From contig OZ024744.1 of assembly GCA_964016885.1 (NCBI GenBank), positions 108,376,001 to 108,440,000 on the forward strand: DNA of 64,000 nucleotides. Reading direction: 5' to 3'. A program made the translations under genes and the position numbers. Below the pieces are notes generated by a model that was not told the origin of the DNA, did no database searches, and saw only the letters and a program-made list of their open reading frames with translations. Positions 52,335 to 64,000 of the stretch are shown here, piece by piece. The first letter of the stretch is position 1; each line of letters starts with the position of its first letter. The DNA comes from Eledone cirrhosa. Taxonomy: Eukaryota.

Positions 52335-54780
52335 CTCTTCGCTAACACCTTGGCCAAAATCTTAAACTCTGTGTTTAACAGAGTTATGGGCCTGAAGTTG
52401 TCTAATGTGTCTCTCTTGTTCTCGTCTTTCCTCATCAGCGCCACTATTTCCGGCTCACAGAACTGGGAATTATCTCATTCTGCTGCCAGTTGCAGTAGAA
52501 CGCTTCGAGGAGATCGGAGAACAAGTCTGGCATGTCTACGTAAAGCTCGTAGAGCAGACCTTCCAAACAGAATGACTTGCACCTCATGCAGCCGACTACA
52601 GCATCGCGAATTTCGGCTGAAATTATCGGCCTTTCTCAGCGCCCATCATCTGGTGGTGAGAGATGCAGTAGGCTGTCGAGGTAGGCACTGGAGTCCGCCA
52701 CCATCTCCAACTCGCCGCTTTCCCCGAACATCCGAGCAGAGTGCTGGCGAAAAGCCTCACTCATCTACCGGAATCGTTCAGCTCGCGTCCTTTTCGATTC
52801 GTCAAATACCGAATTGTGGTTTTGTTACTACACTGAGCCTCAGCTTTGGTTCCCTCGTTTCTTAGAGCATGCGCCTTAGCTCTGACAATGCAACCTTCGT
52901 GTTTCGCATTGAAGAAATGGTCTAATGCCATTCTCGCCGCTAGCACGTCAGTTGCAATGCCACTGCTAATAGAGACGTCTAATTTAACTACAAGCTCCCC
53001 CTCCTTTCTATTTTTCTCTAACGCTATTTCTTTACGAAAACATAACGGTATTGCTCTATCTCTTTTGAGAGCCCCTCCCCCACTACCTGTTGTTGACTAC
53101 AGCTCCGCGCCCCCCGTCCGTCCGTCAACTTTTTCTCAACTAAATTGATGACCCGTTGCCTGTAAGCTTTACATTCCGGGTACGACATGTTCGGCTTCCA
53201 GTAACCAGCTCATAACTAAGTCAACCACGAAGATCACAAAATTATGATGTGAATAGGCGACTGTTTGAAAATGTGGACAACCTATATTATCCTTATTTAC
53301 TACTAATTAAGAACCTAACTATATATGATCTAGGTGACCCTATGCGGTTGGTCCAGGTCCACACTGGCACATTAGGGAAATCTAGTCGGTACCTGTCAGA
53401 CAATTGGAACTGGCCGATTAGGTACTTGAGGGTTTTTGCACCTCGCCTGCTCCTATCAGCTACTCACACACAATCCACAGCGTGCGTCTAAGATGCTGTT
53501 CCAATCTCCCGCTAATAGTAAAGGGTGGGGCAATCCCAGAAAGGCTTCCAGGCGCCCAAAGAGATCCGGCCGTCCAGCCCCAGTCGGGGTGTAGACAGCC
53601 ACCAATCTAAAGGCACCACCTTTGCTGTTGCTCATGTCCAGGACAACCAACTTACCGTCTGCATCCTGCAAGATCATCTGTACCTCGAGATCCAGACCTT
53701 TTCTAAACAGCTCTGTCACCCTATATCCCATTCCCGGCCGACTAACAGATGCGAAGATCTGATAGTCGTCGAAAATAGGGGCTAGTGCGCGCGTGTCAGA
53801 AATCCTGGTCTCGCCGACGGCAATTACATCTATTTCCAGGGACCTGAGGTCGTTGAGCAGGCGACCCCAGACCACGAACATTTAAACACCCTACTCTTTA
53901 TATGGCCATGCTGGCAAGCTAAACGAGAGAAGGTTTACTTACCTCCCTGGGGCTTATGGAGGACAGGTGGTTCGACCTCCATGATTGGTGGGGGTTGTTT
54001 TGGGAACCCCTTTAAAAGCCGACTCGATCACATATCTCAGGGGCCACTACAAGTCCAGTCATGGAGGGTTTCATGAAATACGGACTTTAACTGTCCTTCT
54101 GCCTCTGTGGGACGGGTGCATCATGTCTTGGTCCGCCCTACGGGGGGTACTGAATGTTTCAGAACAAGGGCTTCAGACTTAAACAGTACCGAAATGGGGC
54201 TGAATTGCCTGCCTCTTGTCTTGAACTCAATGTCATCTTAGATGCACTTCAGTGTAGCCTCAACTTCAGCTCGACGGGGTTATCTCCGCTGTGTGGGTCT
54301 GCACCGTCTCCATTGCCTCAGCCGGGACGTTTAGGTTGACCCAGGTTTTTCGCGTTTGATTATCTTCCGAGACAGGGCCAAATGTTGTTCTTTATCAGTT
54401 AGGTCCATGTGAAAACAAGGCCTTTTCTCAGTTGCGGAAGCAGCAGATGTGTTGTTGTTGTTGCTGCCATTGTTTATTTTGTTGTTGTTACTGTTCACAT
54501 TATTGTTGTTCACATTGTTATTGTTGTTGTTGTTACCGGGGCTGGTTGTGTCTTTATTGCTCACATTGTTGTTGTTTTTGTAAGTGCTATCGTTATTAAT
54601 GTTAACTTTGCCTTTCATCCTTACGGGGTCGATAAAATAAAGTACCAGTAATACACTGGGATAATTGCTGGCCTTGTGCCAAAAGTAGAAACAGTTATTA
54701 ATGTTCATATTGTGACTGATGTTGTGGTTGTCGTTGTTGTTGTTGTTGTTGTTGTCACTGTTGCTGCTCCATTTTCTACT
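52335..54780 (-). mobile_element. Tx1-like LINE copy C, degenerate (ORF1 remnant, APE, start of RT)
   Basis: ORF2 ATG at 53909; LLNDLRSLEIDVIAVGETRI, FRLVAVYTP, LAGDWNSIL, HFFNAKHEGCIVRA, NFRPITLLNTEFKILAKVLA; Asn-rich ORF1 segment at 54331-54600. Confidence 0.85.
54601..54693 (+). mobile_element. SINE family 1, 3' half, inserted in Tx1 ORF1 with TSD GTTATTAATGTT
   Basis: Direct repeat at 54592-54603 and 54694-54705. Confidence 0.85.
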
Positions 54781-54799
54781 TGTTTCTGTTACACTTATT

Positions 54800-55405
54800 T
54801 CCCGTTGCTATTGTTGTAAGAATATATTAGATAGAATTATTCCTGATATCAAACAAAAAAAACCTATGGGTTAATACTAACGCGTTTGTTGAGTGGGCCG
54901 TTAATTTAGAATAAAGTGAAAAGATATTATTATAGCAGTTAGAAGTGCAATTATAGAATTGAATGGTAATCTTTAGACTAGAAATAATCGTTCAAATAAC
55001 TTCTATATTACGATGGGTTCGAGTGACTCGGCCTAAGTAACTGATGTAGCAGGCCTGTTTCTCATCAACAAATTAAAGATGCGGTTTTGACCCACGAAAT
55101 TTTCAGCAATATTGCCTTAGAGAGAATGAAAAATCATATGTATAATTTAAAAAATATAACCTATCTATGACGATAGAAAATAAGACAAAGGTAACTTCTT
55201 AGATGTTACACTGGATTTAAACACTAAACTCTTTGCACCTTATCATAAACCTGGTGAATTATTTTATTATGTGCATAAAAAATTCTAATCACCCCAAATC
55301 TGCTATTACATCTATTGTTAATAATATATCAGGTAGAATTTCTAGACTTTTGGCCGAGATATTTTCACCCAAGATGCAATATATTATAACGAGGCTTTTA
55401 CTAGA
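54800..55405 (+). mobile_element. Degenerate Naiad-type PLE RT fragment
   Basis: ITMGSSDSA..TDVAGL, NFLDVTLDLNTKLFAPYHKPGE, SNHPKS, ISGRISRL; parallels 46590-46760. Confidence 0.7.
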
Positions 55406-55411
55406 TCATGC

Positions 55412-55826
55412 TATAATTGTTTCTACTTTAGGCACAAGGCCAGCAATTACCCAGTGCATTACTGGCACTTTATTTTATCGTCTCAGCGGGATTTGAACTC
55501 AGATCGTAAAGGGTCGTAACTATGATAGAATACAGCCTTGTATTATTAGGCGATCCTTACGGGGTTGATAAAATAAAGTACCAGTAATGCACTGGGATAA
55601 TTACTGGCCTTGTGCCAAATGTAGAAACAATTATTAGGCGGTGGGTTGGCAGTATCGGTAGAGGGTCTGACACCATGCTTTAACGCATAGAGTTACGGCC
55701 CTTGCCATTCTGAGTTCAAATCCCACCGAGGTTAACTTTGCCTTTCATCCTTACGGGGTCGATAAAATAAAGTACCAGTAATACACTGGGGTAATTGCTG
55801 GCCTTGTGCCAAAAGTAGAATCAATT
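55412..55826. mobile_element. Cluster of three SINE family 1 copies (one minus, two plus)
   Basis: Minus copy 55412-55525, plus 3' fragment ~55551-55636, plus full copy 55637-55826 with A and B boxes. Confidence 0.85.
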
Positions 55827-55927
55827 TTTATATTAGACTCTGTCTAGCTCTCCACCTCACTACAGACGGGAACCTAAACATCGAGTACTCACCTGGGTGA
55901 ACCAACAGTAACTTCATGTTATACTCC

Positions 55928-56290
<363 letters not shown>

Positions 56291-56897
56291 TCAGGTCACC
56301 AGTTGGTTCTATTGGTAACATGTATCCCAGTACAACCAGTCTCATGGTCGGGTCGTTGGCGACTAAACTGGCAACCCCACCAAGGTTTCTTGGTGTGGAG
56401 GGTGACTTTGGACATCCTGCAGGACTAAAAACAAAACCTGTCAAAGGGCAAAGGAGCTCTTAAGAGTCAATAGCCATCCAAAATCACCGGGAGAGACGAC
56501 CCCTTAGCCTTTGTCAAGGCAGAATTCTAGGAGAAGGAAAACTCTGATATAACACCTGCAACTCTGATGGTATCCAATGATGTTGAATTGTCTTCTTTTT
56601 GGTAAATATCATCTTGGTTAAGAGAGTGGGACTGGCTTTGTGCAGTGCCTTTGCTCACTATAAAAGCTTCACGGCACAGGCATTGCTTTATATCTGGAGA
56701 TCTCTCTGCACTTGTCGTCACATGGTACCATGGGCCCAGCACTATGTGTCAATAATTGTCACAGGTGTAGTGTTTGTACCAGAGTTTTCAAGTCGCTGGC
56801 TGGACTAAAAAGTCACTCGTTCAGCGCATCGGTAGGGGTTCTCCTACATGGATATAAAGTAGTGGCCGTACTCGAAAACGAGTTGGCAGCCACCATG
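56291..56897 (+). mobile_element. Short RTE-related element, copy 3, retaining a C2H2-finger remnant
   Basis: Same 5' and 3' ends as 23942-24560; CTAGGAGAAGGAAAACTCTG block; encodes CSVCTRVFKSLAGLKSH just before the 3' end. Confidence 0.7.
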
Positions 56898-57168
56898 TAT
56901 GATATATATATGTTTTTATTTATGTATGTATGTGTATATGTGTGTAGGTATGTGTGTGTATGAGTGTATATGTATGCAAATATGTAGATGGGTGTTTATG
57001 CGTGTGTTTTTTCTGAAATAGAAATCAACCTTATTTGGAATGTACTCAACACCGAGACAGGCGATATCTACCGAGCAAGTCTATTCATATCATAGATCTC
57101 TTAACTAATTCTCAATTTTGTTGAAGAATTCAGGCGTACATACATTTATACACACACACACACACACA

Positions 57169-57200
<32 letters not shown>

Positions 57201-57228
57201 CGCACGCACGCACGCACGCACACGCGCG

Positions 57229-57287
<59 letters not shown>

Positions 57288-57535
57288 ACATATATATGAC
57301 TAACCTGGTTATTTAATACAAAAATAGCCGCAGTTTGTGGAAAATACGGGGAATTAACTGTGTGATGAATAATGACAGCTGAACCAAGAAAATCTCTTTG
57401 GAACCTCCACCCATGCCGGTGTGGGGTAGGGTTCATGAAAGACTAGCCAACAGCAACACACTCCACAATAGAAATAGCAACGAAAACTACCTCCAATTGC
57501 AACCCTACTGTTTATAAAAAATAAATGTAATATAT

Positions 57536-57700
57536 GTTTCTACTTTGGGCACAAGGCCAGCAATTACCCCAGTGCATTACTGGTACTTTATTTTATCGAC
57601 CCCCGTAAGGATGAAAGGCAAAGTCAACCTCGGCGGGATTTGAACTCAGATCGTAAAGGGACGTAACTATGCATGGCGTCCGACTACGCATGGCGTCCGG
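57536..57700 (-). mobile_element. SINE family 1 copy with short duplication GCATGGCGTCCG
   Basis: Body match incl. B box (GGATTTGAACTC on plus strand). Confidence 0.85.
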
Positions 57701-59008
57701 AAGCAGTCTCAGTTAATTCTGAACTGAATATGTAGAGGTATGTACGTCGCGAGATTTTAATTTGATTGTATTTGTGATTAAATTGATCCATTATTCATTG
57801 TTATTTGTCAAGAATTGTGTGTGAACCAGTTAGTCGAGATGTCGCCATAGCAAAGTAATGAATGAACAGTTATCAAGAGCCACCATTTTAATAATCTTAT
57901 TAATGAATAACTTGCTTCGACTTTATTGTGATAACATGGGAACAACAATAAAGAGTGTCTGTAAAATTGTTTGTAGAATCAGGGTGAGTCTGTTGACAAC
58001 TACATCCTGCTCATTTTCCGCCAACTGAACCCAAATCCTTAGACAATCGAGGGCAGACTATATGGTGATAAACAGAGAAAACCATTCCTAGACAGTTTGG
58101 TTGCATGAGTCCCCAAAACAAAGGACGTAAATATCTATGAGGTCAAAAGGTGTGGGTGTATGATCTATTTAGTCAACCGGGGAAGAAAAGTTCGCTACAA
58201 GTACAGACCAGATAGGACACATGAGTGTGGGCTGTATCCCATATAAAGGCAAGTTCGATGCCTCACAAAAACGCATGTACGCTTTCTGATTGTAACCTTC
58301 ATTGTGTTTGATGAGCAAATCGAACCTACAGTCAAGCTTCATGCTATCGAACTATTACTTAACTGCTGATGTCATAGAGATGGTGATCAGACGTGCAACT
58401 CGTGAGTACAAATGTAGTATGTTGAATTGAAACTTTCATCTCCCTTTCTTAATATATACTAGTAGAAAACCACCGTTCGGGTAGTTTTCTGCTAGCATGT
58501 GTAGTGTGTATATTGATATTATACGCAGGAATATATACATGTAGATATGATACATCAAATAAAATCGTAATTGACAATATACACAGAAATTGAACGAAGT
58601 CTGTGTTACACTGTCTTATGTAATCAGTAACGTAATCGATGATACATTAAACAAAGACGATATTATATATAAACTGCATTAGGAGAAAATTAGTGACGGA
58701 AATATATGAATATTTATTTAAGCAATCGCTAACCGGAAGTGAGGCCATTTGAAAGTTTTAAAGAAGTGAATCTTTAAATAAGCGATAAATTATATTTCAT
58801 CAACAGCTACGAAATTTAGCAGATAAATTATCTAATATTCATTCATTATTTATTCAAAGTAATCCAACTTATTTTACTAACTGAATTAAAAGAAATAAAC
58901 CGTACGCAGTCCCGCACTCCTTACTTTATTATAGTTTAGATTAAGTTTAACCGAGAGCTTATATATCCTATAGTAATACACATAAACATAACATATATAT
59001 ATATATTT

Positions 59009-59890
59009 GGATTGGTGCTCTAAAATAGCGATGTATACATGAATGTATGTATAGTATATTTGGTAATATACCGTATGTTTAATTAAAAACATTTTGAAGA
59101 CCTTGCGCTATCATTTTTAAAGTAGTGACTATGTCACTTACTTTTTTTTTCGGCAAAAGAAGGGAGAGAAGCTGACAGATTCTGTTTTACACTGTTAGCG
59201 ATCCTCAGAGCATCGTACTCCCCGCCTTTGTCGAAAATTATAGAGGCTGGATTCTTATAGAATTCCATTAATAATCAGGAACTGATTATACAGAGCAATA
59301 GCCGGTCCAGCAAAAATTAAAAATTAGGATTGGTGTTTTGAAATAACGATGTATACATAAATTTATGTATAGTATATTTGGCAATATACCGTATGTTTAA
59401 TTAAAAGCAGTTTGAAGACCTTGCGCTATCATTTTTAAATTAATGACTATGTCACTTACTTCTTTTTTTCAGCTTCTCTCCCTTCTGTCATAGTCACTAC
59501 TTTAAAAATGATAGCACAAGGTCTTCAAAATGTTTTTAATTAAACATACGGTATATTGCCAAATATACTTTACATATATTCATGTATACATCGCTATTTC
59601 AGAGCACCAATCCTAATTTTTAATTTTTGCTGGACCGGCAATCGCTCTGTATAATCAGTTCCTGATTGTTACTGGAATTCTATAAGAATCCAGCCTCTAT
59701 AATTTTCGGCAAAGGCGGCGAGTACGATGCTCTGAGGATCGCTAACAGTGTAAAACAGAATCTGTCAGCTTCTCTCCCTTCTTTTGCCGAAAAAAGAATT
59801 AAGTGACATAGTCACTACTTTAAAATGATAGCGCAAGGTCTTCAAAATGTTTTTAATTAAACATACGGTATATTGCCAAATATACTATAT
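59009..59890. repeat. Fold-back structure built from a 318 bp tandem unit
   Basis: GGATTGGTG..AAATA(G/A)CGATGTATACAT at 59009 and 59327; 59487-59890 is the reverse complement of ~59050-59455. Confidence 0.9.
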
Positions 59891-60261
59891 ATATATATAT
59901 AGTTATGTAATAAACAACATAAGGCAATTATTTCATTTACCAGTGGTTCTTGAAAGCAAACAAATTTTGCTTTCAATCATCAGAATGAAAAAATCGTGGT
60001 GTATTTATTGACATTGCATTTTAAAAAACAAAAATATAATCTATATGAAAGTGAGGCTGGAAAAGGAAGAAGGAAAGGAAAAATAAACACACATGCACAC
60101 ACAACCACACACACAATTACATACACACATATATACGTACACATATACACATACATACACACACATATATATATATAAATATATATATATACATACACAT
60201 ACACATACATACACACATATAGATCAACATATCTATATATACACATACACACAAATACACA

Positions 60262-60399
<138 letters not shown>

Positions 60400-61426
60400 A
60401 ATCTACCAAAAGTTTACGGTAGTGTCCAATCCGTATGAAGAACTCAATGTAATCCGGATATCATGAAAAGAGAAGATGCATTCAAAAACTAATTTCGGTG
60501 AAAAATAAACGGAAAACAGAGTCAAGATAAATTAATAAAAGAATGAATAAACAAAGAAACAGTTCCTTATATTAAAAAAATGTCATAATTTTACGATCGT
60601 TTCTAGGATATATATGTGTTAGAGTTGGTATGCATATTCTATAGATCTATGTACAATATTTATACAAACTATCAGAGGGAATATACATACCTACATATAT
60701 ATATGCTGTCTTCAGAAATAATGATATTTGTTTATTGAAAAAAACAAAGATTCAATACAATAGGTCTGTTTGGAAACAGGTTTTGAATTGACCAATAGAG
60801 AGATAGTGAGGGTCAAGCTAGTAATATAGTAGTAGAAGAACCTTAAATTATGGGTAGAGGAAGGTAGATTTCAGTTTGGGATGGAAAAGAATATTATGAA
60901 TGAAGGATTATTTTAGGGAAGAAATAGGTCTTATGCTGACCTCAGAAATAATTTTATTTGTTCATTGAATAAAACCAACAAAAATCTAATATATTCTGTC
61001 TGTTTGGTAAGAGGTTGAGAATTAACCAATAGAAAGTTAATAATTGGCAAAATGGTGAAATAGTAGTAATTGAAGCTTATTTTAGGGGTGAAAATAGGTC
61101 AGCTGGTCAGTAAAAGGTATACAAGCAGTTGCTGTTATAAAATAGTAATGCCAATACAAATATCTAAGGTGACTAAAGTTTTACGATAAGAATGTTAGTG
61201 AAAAAATACATCTATGAAAAGAATATAAATTAATTTAATTGATAGGTATATTTATATTGATAAAATTATACTAATACATATAGATATGATAAATAAGAGT
61301 TAGATGCAGTTGAAAAGTGCTGTTAAAGATGAGGGGAAATTAAAAGAATATAAAAATAATATATATATATACTTATATATATATATATATATACATATAT
61401 ATACACATACACACACACATACACAC

Positions 61427-61556
<130 letters not shown>

Positions 61557-61853
61557 GCATATATACATACATACACATATATATACACACGCATACACAC
61601 TTACATATACATATAATTATGGGGGGGGGGGAATTAAATTTATTAGTGAGAAATAATAAATATATATAGTTTTCAAGGAACATAGAGTCATAACCTGAAG
61701 TTAAAGCATATATATGTTTACTTAATGGTATCAGTTTTAGGAAATGATAGTTGTAAGAAGGAAAGCAAAATTATGTAGTTCATCAGTAGTAGAATATTAA
61801 TTATAGGTTAACTAAATTAAAAATAGTTTATGTATTAATTTCTAAAGTGTATA

Positions 61854-62548
61854 TTAATTAGGTTTATAATATTTAAAGGTTTTTCTCAGTTTATGATTAC
61901 ACGATATTATTAATTCCTGTCGCTTATTTAATAGGATACCCTTAGATTTCATTATTTCAAAAAGTTCTTGGGAACATAATCTACATTCATATCTACTATT
62001 TTGATAAGGGGTGGCCCTTTTGAGCACACTCCAGGTCAGGTCATAATCTATATTCCTCTTTCTATAACTATTAATTATTTCAGCTAGAGATGTTGCATTA
62101 GCTAGTGCGGCATTTTTAAAATTATGTTTGTGGGTATTAAATCTTACCTTAAATTTGTTAGAGGTAGCTCCTATATATGAATAAATTGAGTCCTTAGTGT
62201 TAACTTTACATTTATATACTATGTTATTAACAAGGCAATTTCCTTTTAATGGACAGTTTGCCTTGTTTCTACAGTTACAACTTTTCGTGAATCCTGTATC
62301 TGAGGAGATATTATGGTTAGTTTGATGTACTGGTGGTATACTCATGGTTTGTTTACATTTATATGCATTATAGGCACTTATATTTTGTTTTATGTTTTTG
62401 GTTGTTGAGTAGGAGAATTTAACCGTTGATCTATTTAAAATTTGATGGTATTTGTGGTTTTGCGGGAAGTTTTTCTCTAGGATATTAAAGAATTTTTTAG
62501 GTATATTACCCTTAATTTGTAAATTAAATGAAGCATTATACCAAGTAA
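61854..62548 (-). pseudogene. Naiad-type PLE GIY-YIG endonuclease region, 5'-truncated (left arm plus spacer)
   Basis: VTWYNASF, LEKNFP..HQILNRSTVKFSYS, CNCRNKANCPLKGNC, IVY..SYIGAT..FKVRFNTH, CRLCSQE, SCNHK. Confidence 0.88.
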
Positions 62549-62549
62549 C

Positions 62550-63080
62550 AATATAAGTGCCTATAATGCATATAAATGTAAACAAACCATGAGTATACCA
62601 CCAGTACATCAAACTAACCATAATATCTCCTCAGATACAGGATTCACGAAAAGTTGTAACTGTAGAAACAAGGCAAACTGTCCATTAAAAGGAAATTGCC
62701 TTGTTAATAACATAGTATATAAATGTAAAGTTAACACTAAGGACTCAATTTATTCATATATAGGAGCTACCTCTAACAAATTTAAGGTAAGATTTAATAC
62801 CCACAAACATAGTTTTAAAAATGCCGCACTAGCTAATACAACATCTCTAGCTGAAATAATTAATAGTTATAGAAAGAGGAATATAGATTATGACCTGACC
62901 TGGAGTGTGCTCAAAAGGGCCACCCCTTATCAAAATAGTAGATATGAATGTAGATTATGTTCCCAAGAACTTTTTGAAATAATGAAATCTAAGGATATCC
63001 TATTAAATAAGCGACAGGAATTAATAATATCGTGTAATCATAAACTGAGAAAAACCTTTAAATATTATAAACCTAATTAA
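62550..63080 (+). pseudogene. Inverted copy of the GIY-YIG region (right arm)
   Basis: ORF 62589-63080 differs from the left-arm copy at 3 of 163 residues. Confidence 0.88.
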
Positions 63081-63489
63081 TATACACTTTAGAAATTAAT
63101 ATATAAACTATTTTTTATTTAGTTAACCTATAATTAATATTCTACTACTGATGAACTACATAATTCTGCTTTAAATATTATAAACCTAATTAATATACAC
63201 TTTAGAAATTAATATATAAACTATTTTTAATTTAGTTAACCTATAATTAATATTCTACTACTGATGAACTACATAATTTTGCTTTCCTTCTTACAACTAT
63301 CATTTCCTAAAACTGATACCATTAAGTAAACATATATAATGATTTAACTTCAGGTTATGACTCTATGTTCCTTGAAAACTATATATATTTATTATTTCTC
63401 ACTAATAAATTTAAACCCCCCCCCCATAATTATATGTATATGTAAGTGTGTATGTGTGTGTATATATATGTGTATGTATGTATATATGC

Positions 63490-63565
<76 letters not shown>

Positions 63566-64000
63566 ATATATATATATATACGTGTGTATGTGTGTGTGTA
63601 TGTGTATATATATGTATATATATATATATAAGTATATATATATATTATTTTTATATTCTTTTAATTTCCCCTTATCTTTAACAGCACTTTTCAACTGCAT
63701 CTAACTCTTATTTATCATATCTATATGTATTAGTATAATTTTATCAATATAAATATACCTATCAATTAAATTAATTTATATTCTTTTCATAGATGTATTT
63801 TTTCACTAACATTCTTATCGTAAAACTTTAGTCACCTTAGATATTTGTATTGGCATTACTATTTTATAACAGCAACTGCTTGTATACCCTTTACTGACCA
63901 CCTGACCTATTTTCACCCCTAAAATAAGCTTCAATTACTACTATTTCACCATTTTGCCAATTATTAACTTTCTATTTGTTAATTCTCAACCTCTTACCAA

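Noticed and set aside
57700-58440. Possible host exon or unique coding sequence (also 24760-25330, 27100-27660)
   Set aside because: No sustained ORF or recognisable motif; cannot be supported without homology or RNA data, though the window could lie in a large intron.
62549-62621. N-terminus of the 255 aa minus-strand ORF
   Set aside because: First ~24 residues are antisense read-through of the right inverted arm.
63146-63300. CTGATGA possible hammerhead core
   Set aside because: No stem II plus GAAA follows.

Overview
Eukaryotic, gene-free, repeat-saturated window; the microsatellite load and SINE types suggest a cephalopod/octopus-like genome (inference). No host protein-coding gene is supported. 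Main contents: (1) a ~16.5 kb satellite of ~28-30 bp monomers (GTTAGTCCATATCTGTGTATATATGTGTGT) with nested higher-order repeats; (2) five decayed Tx1/L1-clade LINE copies; (3) R4/Dong-like RLE LINE pieces sitting antisense in the (ATT)n tails of the Tx1 copies, forming a ~10 kb microsatellite-nucleated retroelement train; (4) a cluster of Penelope-like elements (Neptune-type and Naiad-type) with five intact-core and one degenerate minimal hammerhead ribozyme motifs; (5) tRNA-derived SINEs of two families, a short RTE-related non-autonomous family, RTE, CR1/L2-like and mariner relics; (6) palindromes at three scales (60 bp perfect, ~0.85 kb fold-back, >=1.4 kb-arm inverted duplication). Most notable observations: a perfect 5' splice-donor motif conserved just upstream of ORF2 in three divergent Tx1 copies, a ~190 bp hammerhead-carrying mini-element family, and the (TAA/ATT)n insertion chain. 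Coordinates were read by eye and may be off by a few bases; family names come from motif recognition, not database searches.
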